NCBI GenBank assembly: GCA_036170695.1
Contig: JAVHPR010000259.1
Span: 1 to 41,073 of the forward strand
Reading direction: 5' to 3'
Origin: Bacteroidia bacterium
GTDB taxonomy: Bacteria; Bacteroidota; Bacteroidia; 2-12-FULL-35-15
Length of the DNA stretch: 41,073 bases
The position numbers and the translations under genes are program-made. Positions within the stretch are counted from its first letter, which is position 1. Every line of letters begins with the position of its first letter. Positions 34,288 through 41,073 of the stretch are shown piece by piece. Under the pieces are notes generated by a model. The model had not been told where the DNA came from, made no database searches, and saw nothing but the letters and a program-made list of their open reading frames with translations.

Positions 34288-35226
34288 TTATTTATTTACC
34301 GTAATCTTTTTAGTACAACTTTCCTTGTCATTTCTTATGTTGACAAAATAGCTGCCATTGGCTAAATCCGACAAATCAATTGCTTGTTTACTGCCCGCAT
34401 TTAACACATTGGTAAAAACAATTTTTCCGATAATGTTGTATACCGTTATATTCGTATTGCCTGAATAGTTTCCTAAATCAACAGTAAATAGTCCATCAGT
34501 AGAAGGGTTGGGATAAACAGAAACTGCATCTGCCCCGTAAAAATCAGCGATTGAAGTTGCACCGGTTACTGAACCTATAAACTTAACAGTATCAATCCCA
34601 AATGTGCCACCGGTACCCTCTGCATTCCATGCATAAAAACGAAATGTAACAGGACTTGTAACATTTGTAAAACTCCCACCACTTAATGTAATGGCATTTC
34701 CAGTCTGGTTTGAAGATATTGAATCATAATTCCAGAAAAAAACATTACCGGTTTGCACGCTTAAATTCTGATTTGCAGGATAAATAGTAGCAGCCAGATT
34801 TGCTGCATAAGTATCAGCACTGGAGCGAACTGAATATGTTCTGATTCCAGTTCCGGAGCGCTGCGATTTAAACGTCATACCCGTTAAACTCATACTAAAT
34901 CCAGATGCCGGTGTTAGTGTAACTGAATAATATTCTGTAGCGCTTAAAGCTCCCGTTAAAGACGTATAAACATTATTATTGGGAGATGCACCAAGTGGCC
35001 AGTTAGTATAGGAAAATCTGCCTGAAGCATTTGGGTTTGCAGGTGTCCCTGTAGCTGAAAAGCTCCCAAATGTAACACCTGTAGCTGTTGGAACAAAAGA
35101 AGGATCGGTTAAACCTGATGTAGTTTTCACGCTATCAAACGTATATGAGGCTATAAAACTTTGGGCAACAGCTATTGTTGCAGAAAGAACGACCACCGAA
35201 AATAATGAAGTAAGTTTTTTTATCAT
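34288..35226 (-). CDS. Secreted beta-sandwich protein with T9SS type A CTD
   Basis: Signal peptide; Ser/Thr-rich beta domain (QRSGTG, VTFRFYAWNA, FGIDTV); CTD VYPNPS...YNIIGK...GSYFV...KKITV. Confidence 0.85.
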   Translation of the reverse strand: MIKKLTSLFSVVVLSATIAVAQSFIASYTFDSVKTTSGLTDPSFVPTATGVTFGSFSATGTPANPNASGRFSYTNWPLGASPNNNVYTSLTGALSATEYYSVTLTPASGFSMSLTGMTFKSQRSGTGIRTYSVRSSADTYAANLAATIYPANQNLSVQTGNVFFWNYDSISSNQTGNAITLSGGSFTNVTSPVTFRFYAWNAEGTGGTFGIDTVKFIGSVTGATSIADFYGADAVSVYPNPSTDGLFTVDLGNYSGNTNITVYNIIGKIVFTNVLNAGSKQAIDLSDLANGSYFVNIRNDKESCTKKITVNK

Positions 35227-35261
35227 GAGTTTAATTTTTAGTTTTTTAATAATTTACACGA

Positions 35262-35312
35262 CAAAAATAAACAATTTTGACTATGATATCTCTTTATTTT
35301 TAAATACATTTG
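35262..35312. promoter_or_regulatory. Divergent -7 promoter boxes
   Basis: TATTTTTG on - (35262-35269) and TACATTTG on + (35305-35312), with a TTTG further upstream. Confidence 0.55.
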
Positions 35313-35349
35313 ATTATAGCTAATCTAAAAAAATTCAAACCCTGAAAAC

Positions 35350-38300
35350 ATGAAACACTTATCTTCTATTTATTTAATAAGGGGTTTACTCTCCTCTGTT
35401 TTTCTTTTCAGTGGGCTATTTTTAAAAGCCGGAGACATTAAAATAAAACAGGGTAATGCACAATTAAGCGTTGGGCAAAACACATATTCTAAACTCACGT
35501 TTTCTAATACCTTCACAAAAATTACTTACCGAACTGTTAAAAACTTAAATAGCTTCTACACTGAAATAGAGGTGCCCGATTATGGCGCATCAACCCGAAT
35601 AGGCGACCCAAAACTTCCAATGCTTAAAAAACTTATTGAAATTCCGGAAGGTGCAACAGTAAATATTAATGTAATTAATTATACGCTTACCGAAATTAAA
35701 TTATCGGATTACGGAATACAGAATAAACTTTTCCCTTGTCAGCCATCTGTTTCCAAGGATATCAATAAGCCGTTGCCTTCTTTCAAATATAATTCTTCAA
35801 CATATTCTGTTGATCAGTTTAATACTGATAACCTCGTATCGGTAGAAATTCTTGGACTTATGAGAGGCGTTCAGCTCGCAAGGCTTGATATTTCGCCTAT
35901 AAGATACAATCCTGTAAAAAACACCATTCAGGTTTATAATGATATCGAAGTAGAAATAACCTTTTCAGGAGCAAATGTTTCTCAAACCATCACGAATCAG
36001 AAACGGGTTTATTCGCCTTTTTTTGAAGGAATGTTTTCAAAGCAACTTTTGAATTACAAAAATCCAAATCAGACAAAAGACACATTAACTAAATACCCGG
36101 TAAAATATGTTATTGTCTCCGATCCCGCTTTCCAGACAACATTGCAGCCTTTCGTTCAATGGAAAACAAAAAAAGGTTTTACAGTTGTTCAGGCATATAC
36201 AAACAATCCCTCAGTTGGAACTACCACCACGTCAATAAAGAATTATTTGCAGGGTCTTTATAATGCAGGTACGCCTTCCGACCCAGCCCCTACTTTTGTT
36301 TTATTTGTTGGTGATATTGCTCAAGTACCTTCATTTGACGGCGTAACCGGAACACATGTTTCAGACCTTTATTATTGTGAATATTCTGGAGATTATTTCC
36401 CGGAAGTTTATTACGGCAGGTTTTCAGCAACAAACATTTCGGAATTACAACCTCAAATAGATAAAACCCTTGAATATGAACAATATACCATGCCCGATCC
36501 TGCATTTTTAGGAAATGTGGTAATGATTGCAGGGCAAGATGGCACCTACGGACCACTTCATGGCGACGGGCAAATTAATTATGGTACCTCTACATACTTT
36601 AATACAGCCCACAACCTCAATTCAAATACCTATTTATATGCTGTATCAGCTTCAAGCTCTTCTCAAATTATTCAGAATGTAAGCAATGGGGTTTGTTTTG
36701 CCAATTACACAGCTCATGGAAGCCCTGATGGATGGGCAGACCCGTCATTTGCTATCTCTGATATTTCAGGATTACAAAACAATCACAAATTTTCGTTAAT
36801 GGTCGGAAACTGTTGTCTGTCCAATAAATTTGATGAAACTGTATGTTTTGGCGAAGCGCTACTCAGGGCAAGTGGAAAAGGTGCTCTTGGGTACATTGGC
36901 GGTTCAAACAGCACCTATTGGGATGAAGATTATTTTTGGGGCGTGGGTTACAAAACAATAATAGTAAACCCCGTATACGATGGTGTTACATTGGGTTCTT
37001 ACGACAGAACATTTCATGATCATGGCGAAACTTTTGACGGCTGGTATGCAACCATGGACCAGATGATTTTTGCAGGTAATCTGGCAGTTTCTCAGTCTGG
37101 TAATACCAGCGCAGAATATTATTGGGAAATTTATCACCTGATGGGCGATCCTTCACTGATGGTGTATTTTGGTGTTCCACCTGCACTTACAGCAACTTAT
37201 AACGCATTATTACCCTTTGGAACATCTACATTTACGGTAAATACCGAACCATACGCTTATGCCGCAATTTCAATGGGAGGTGTTCTTTATGGAGCAGCTA
37301 TGGCTGACAATCTTGGCGTTGCAACTATTAATATTACGCCATTTTCATCGCCAGGCACTGCTGATGTTGTTGTAACCAAACAAAACAGGGCACCATTTAT
37401 CAGTACCGTTGTTGTTGCAAACCCTTCGGGTCCATATATCGTTTATTCAACTAAACTTTTGCATGATGTTGCAGGAAATAACAATGGACAAGCTGATTTT
37501 AGCGAAAATTGCACCCTTGATATTTCATTGGAAAATGTGGGTATTGCAACAGCAAATTTAGTATCTGCAACACTTTCAACAACCGACACCTATGTAACAA
37601 TTACCGATAATTCTCAAGCCTGGGGGAACATTAGCAATTCCGCTACTTCTACCCAGAGTAATGCTTATGCATTTACAGTTAATGGTTTAATTACTGATCA
37701 ACATATTGTTGCTTTTACGCTTACTATTATCGACAACAGCAGCAATACATGGACAGGTACATTTAATATCACACTAAACGCCCCTGTACTTGCTATTGGC
37801 AGTATTACAATCAATGATGCTTCAGGCAATAACAATGGAAGATTAGATCCGGGTGAAACGGTTGATCTTATAATTTCCAATTCAAATACCGGACATGCAA
37901 ATGCTACCAATACAATCAGCACTATTTCTTCTCCCGATAATTATATCACAATTAATACCGCCTCCTCTAATTTAGGAACCTTAAATTCTACCATAGGCAC
38001 AGCAAATGCAACTTTTAATATTACAGTAAGTCCTTCTGCATTGATTGGCAGTATCGCTACTTTTAATACTATTTTAACTTCTGGATTATACACCATTCAA
38101 AAATCGATACCTGCAATTATTGGTATTTCTGAGGAAGATTGGGAAACAAATGGTTTTACAAAATATCCCTGGATACAAGGAAGCAGTTCCGTTTGGACTA
38201 CCACAAATATCAATCCTTTCGACGGCCTTTATTGTTCGAAATCAGGTGCTATACTTGATCTGGATAGTTCTAAATTAAGTATTACGCTAAATGTGCTTGC

Positions 38301-38838
38301 TAATGATTCTATTTCTTTTTACAAAAAAACATCTTCAGAACAAAATTATGATTTTCTTAATTTTTATATTGATGATATAAAACAAGGTGCAGGGTGGAGT
38401 GGTGAAAATGCCTGGTCGAGATCTGCGTTTTATGTTACAGCAGGAGTTCATAAATTTTCATGGTTCTATGAAAAAGATTACTCGACCATTGGGGGAGCAG
38501 ATGCGGTTTGGATTGACGACATAATATTTCCTCCTATCGTAAATCCACTGGCTTCAGTTAATGCTTTAAACGAAAAAGATAATTCTCTTGCCTGTTTCCC
38601 AAACCCGTTCAAACAAATTACAACGATTTCATACAACCTTGAAAAATCAGACAACGTAACTATAAAAATTTATAATGCAGTCGGACAAGAAATTGCAGCA
38701 CTTGTAAATAACGAATATATGCTTAAGGGAATACATTCCGTTACCTTCAATGCTGTAGGCTTATCGGCTGGCGTATATCAATGCGTTCTAAATTCAGGAG
38801 GTAACACAATTACCAGCAAACTAATTATTGGAGATTGA
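35350..38838 (+). CDS. C25 (gingipain-family) cysteine peptidase with propeptide, Ig-like domains and T9SS type A CTD
   Basis: Propeptide GDPKLP...YNPV; WKTKKGF, LFVGD, SDLYY, YGRFS; catalytic NYTAHG and GNCC; YHLMGDPS; CTD FPNPF...IYNAVGQ...GVY. Confidence 0.93.
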   Translation: MKHLSSIYLIRGLLSSVFLFSGLFLKAGDIKIKQGNAQLSVGQNTYSKLTFSNTFTKITYRTVKNLNSFYTEIEVPDYGASTRIGDPKLPMLKKLIEIPEGATVNINVINYTLTEIKLSDYGIQNKLFPCQPSVSKDINKPLPSFKYNSSTYSVDQFNTDNLVSVEILGLMRGVQLARLDISPIRYNPVKNTIQVYNDIEVEITFSGANVSQTITNQKRVYSPFFEGMFSKQLLNYKNPNQTKDTLTKYPVKYVIVSDPAFQTTLQPFVQWKTKKGFTVVQAYTNNPSVGTTTTSIKNYLQGLYNAGTPSDPAPTFVLFVGDIAQVPSFDGVTGTHVSDLYYCEYSGDYFPEVYYGRFSATNISELQPQIDKTLEYEQYTMPDPAFLGNVVMIAGQDGTYGPLHGDGQINYGTSTYFNTAHNLNSNTYLYAVSASSSSQIIQNVSNGVCFANYTAHGSPDGWADPSFAISDISGLQNNHKFSLMVGNCCLSNKFDETVCFGEALLRASGKGALGYIGGSNSTYWDEDYFWGVGYKTIIVNPVYDGVTLGSYDRTFHDHGETFDGWYATMDQMIFAGNLAVSQSGNTSAEYYWEIYHLMGDPSLMVYFGVPPALTATYNALLPFGTSTFTVNTEPYAYAAISMGGVLYGAAMADNLGVATINITPFSSPGTADVVVTKQNRAPFISTVVVANPSGPYIVYSTKLLHDVAGNNNGQADFSENCTLDISLENVGIATANLVSATLSTTDTYVTITDNSQAWGNISNSATSTQSNAYAFTVNGLITDQHIVAFTLTIIDNSSNTWTGTFNITLNAPVLAIGSITINDASGNNNGRLDPGETVDLIISNSNTGHANATNTISTISSPDNYITINTASSNLGTLNSTIGTANATFNITVSPSALIGSIATFNTILTSGLYTIQKSIPAIIGISEEDWETNGFTKYPWIQGSSSVWTTTNINPFDGLYCSKSGAILDLDSSKLSITLNVLANDSISFYKKTSSEQNYDFLNFYIDDIKQGAGWSGENAWSRSAFYVTAGVHKFSWFYEKDYSTIGGADAVWIDDIIFPPIVNPLASVNALNEKDNSLACFPNPFKQITTISYNLEKSDNVTIKIYNAVGQEIAALVNNEYMLKGIHSVTFNAVGLSAGVYQCVLNSGGNTITSKLIIGD

Positions 38839-38898
38839 TGTAAAAAATAATCTCCTATCGATTAAAGTATGACTATTGTAATTGACTTATATAAGTAC

Positions 38899-38928
38899 GT
38901 CATTGCAAAGAAGGCACTACTGATGCAT
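38899..38928 (+). repeat. Degenerate single REP-like unit (GTCATTGC...GCA type)
   Basis: GTCATTGCAAAGAAGGCACTACTGATGCAT resembles the GTCAT-headed REP units elsewhere in the window. Confidence 0.3.
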
Positions 38929-38934
38929 TTTGGC

Positions 38935-40842
38935 TCACAAGGTTTCTTTCAACCATTTATAAAACTCATGCTGCCAAACAAGTCCGTTTTGGTCTTTCAA
39001 TACCCAGTGATTTTCATTTGGGAAATAAAGTAGTTTGCTTTTTATTCCTTGTAGCTGAGCAGCCTGAAAGGCGCCCAAACCTTGTTCGATAGGGACTCTG
39101 TAATCTTTCCCCCCCTGAATAATCAATATTGGAGTATCCCATTTTTTAACAAAATTAATAGGATTGAATTCGTTATAGCTCTTTTGTGCTGCTACATTAC
39201 CTTTGTCCCAATAAGAGCCGCCTAAATCCTGATTTACAAACCATACTTCTTCTGTAGTTCCATACATACTTTTCCAATCAAAAATCCCATCGTGAGCGAT
39301 AAATGTTTTAAAACGTTTCTCATGTATTCCCGCTAAAAAATAAACAGAATACCCACCATAACTAGCTCCAATACAGCCCAATCTGGATTTATCAACAAAG
39401 GGCTCTTTAGATAATTCATCAATGGAAATTAAATAATCTTTCATATTCTGTCCACCATAATCCCTGCTAATCTGTTCATTCCATTTCACTCCATGCCCTG
39501 GCATTCCTCTCCTGTTTGGAGCCACTATTATGTAGCCATTTGCAGCCATCAGCTGAAAATTCCAACGGTATGAATAAAATTGGGTCAGCGGAGATTGCGG
39601 TCCTCCCTGGCAATAAAGCAATGTTGGATATTTCTTTTTCGGATCAAAATCAGGTGGATAAATGACCCAAACAAGTAGTGGAAGCCCGTCAGTAGCTGTT
39701 AAATAACGTTTTTCAATTTTACTTAGTGTAATTGAATTATAAATGGCATCGTTGATATGTGTAAGTTGTTTTGTTGAACCTGTTGATAAATCAACTGCAA
39801 AAATTTCTGCTGCATGATTCATATCGGTTATTTCAACAAGCATTGCATTGCCCACCTGTCCTATTATTCCACGAATATCAAAATCACCTTTGGTAATTTG
39901 TTTAACTAATGGTGCTTTTGTTGCTGCCCCCGAATAATCAACTGAAAAGAGATGAACGCCTCCATCTATTGCTGCTACGAAAAATATTTTTGAGCCATCT
40001 GCACTCCATTTATAATCATCAACAGTACCATCCCAATCTTTAGTAATATTTATTTTCGACGTTCCATTGTCCACATAAATGTCATTTTTATCTGATTCGT
40101 AGCCATCGGTTTTCATACTTAAAAAAGCCAAATCGCCTTTGGATGAATAAGTAGGCTTAATATCATAGCCCTCCATTCCTGCTGTTAAATTAACTGTTTT
40201 ACCTGTTTCAACAGAATAGGAAAAAATATCAGTATTCGTACTTAAAGCATAGTCCTTCCCGTACTTCTTTTTGGTAACATAAATAATTTGTTTTCCACTG
40301 GGGCTCCAGATAAAATCTTCATCCCCGCCAAATGGTTTTTGCGGACAGTCGAAAGCCTCGTTTGGCATAATGTCAATGCTATCCACAATCTTTTTGTCCT
40401 TCAATGTATTTAAAAACAGATGTCCAAAAGAGCCGTCTTCCCATGTATCCCAGTGGCGGTAATTAAGATTATCATAAATCATAACATCCGAATTACTTAA
40501 TTGCGGATAAAAATCTTTTCCATAAACGCTCTTCACTTTCACGTCATTACTACTGATGCTATATTTCCCATCAGGCGATACCCGATCGTTCGGCAATAAA
40601 TCATCGGTGTTTTCAATTTCCATTGCATTGCCTCCAGCAATGGGCATACTATATTTTTTTGTTATGGATTTATCTTCAGAAATAGTATACTTTCGAACAC
40701 TGTAAACAACCGATTTCCCATCTTTGCTAATGCCCTTTGTATTCAGTCTTCCCAATTGTAAAAGCATTTCAGGAGTCATGGTTTGTTGCGCACTTGCTGA
40801 CAATAAAAATATCCCGAATAAAAATGTTGAAATTATTTTCAT
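38935..40842 (-). CDS. S9-family peptidase (dipeptidyl-peptidase 5-like)
   Basis: YRHWDTW beta-propeller; YCQGGPQ, nucleophile GASYGG, DYRVP Asp, ENHW His. Confidence 0.92.
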   Translation of the reverse strand: MKIISTFLFGIFLLSASAQQTMTPEMLLQLGRLNTKGISKDGKSVVYSVRKYTISEDKSITKKYSMPIAGGNAMEIENTDDLLPNDRVSPDGKYSISSNDVKVKSVYGKDFYPQLSNSDVMIYDNLNYRHWDTWEDGSFGHLFLNTLKDKKIVDSIDIMPNEAFDCPQKPFGGDEDFIWSPSGKQIIYVTKKKYGKDYALSTNTDIFSYSVETGKTVNLTAGMEGYDIKPTYSSKGDLAFLSMKTDGYESDKNDIYVDNGTSKINITKDWDGTVDDYKWSADGSKIFFVAAIDGGVHLFSVDYSGAATKAPLVKQITKGDFDIRGIIGQVGNAMLVEITDMNHAAEIFAVDLSTGSTKQLTHINDAIYNSITLSKIEKRYLTATDGLPLLVWVIYPPDFDPKKKYPTLLYCQGGPQSPLTQFYSYRWNFQLMAANGYIIVAPNRRGMPGHGVKWNEQISRDYGGQNMKDYLISIDELSKEPFVDKSRLGCIGASYGGYSVYFLAGIHEKRFKTFIAHDGIFDWKSMYGTTEEVWFVNQDLGGSYWDKGNVAAQKSYNEFNPINFVKKWDTPILIIQGGKDYRVPIEQGLGAFQAAQLQGIKSKLLYFPNENHWVLKDQNGLVWQHEFYKWLKETL

Positions 40843-40884
40843 ACTATTTGTATTAATTTTGTAATAAATAAAAAATTATGGCCG

Positions 40885-40892
40885 CAAAGGTA
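40885..40892 (-). promoter_or_regulatory. -7 promoter box for the S9 peptidase
   Basis: TACCTTTG(CGGC) on the minus strand. Confidence 0.7.
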
Positions 40893-41028
40893 ATGACTAT
40901 TTCTTTTATAAATGTTTCATATTTCTACACAGAATAATTCCAAACCTATGTATCCCTCCACTCTACCGCGTGTTGCGGCAAGTTTATAAATCATATAGTT
41001 TTGCAGTGTAATCAACACCTGTAAAAGT

Positions 41029-41073
41029 ATGGAAATAAAATCAGAAAAAAACAAGGAGCGTCTTGAAATGATA
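41029..41073 (+). CDS. 5' end of a gene running off the window (MEIKSEKNKERLEMI...)
   Basis: Open frame to the window edge, preceded by TAGTTTTG box at 40996-41003. Confidence 0.45.
   Translation, partial: MEIKSEKNKERLEMI

Noticed and set aside
1-41073. tRNA, rRNA, riboswitch, prophage, transposase, RT or defence genes
   Set aside because: No supporting motifs seen by eye; an Infernal/Rfam scan would be needed to exclude small RNAs

Overview
AT-rich chromosomal segment of a Bacteroidota bacterium. Evidence for the phylum: TAnnTTTG -7 promoter boxes, four T9SS-sorted proteins and the usual coaX/outer-membrane-protein pairing. It holds about 28 intact genes. Housekeeping genes include coaX, pepA, mqnC, hflX, lutB, anmK, an acyl-CoA dehydrogenase, bioD, a beta carbonic anhydrase, an MscS channel and a Dpp5-like S9 peptidase. 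Secreted proteins include a 2692-aa Cys-rich Ig/PKD-repeat protein with a type-B T9SS CTD, a Kgp-like C25 gingipain and a PL1-like protein. There is also one collapsed amidohydrolase pseudogene. I saw no tRNA, rRNA, CRISPR array, transposase or defence gene. The most unusual signal is non-coding: about ten short palindromic elements. Three unrelated MITE-like shells (own TIRs; TA or 6-bp target duplications) each enclose a different REP-type hairpin cargo. One of them occurs twice (115/117 identical) and is nested inside another REP element. A 63-bp palindrome-bounded insert sits in frame inside coaX, and a hairpin forms the last codons of anmK. Other oddities are a cupredoxin lipoprotein with Glu where the axial Met is expected and a SirB2-cytochrome c fusion coupled to hflX. 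All family assignments come from motif recognition by eye, without database searches.
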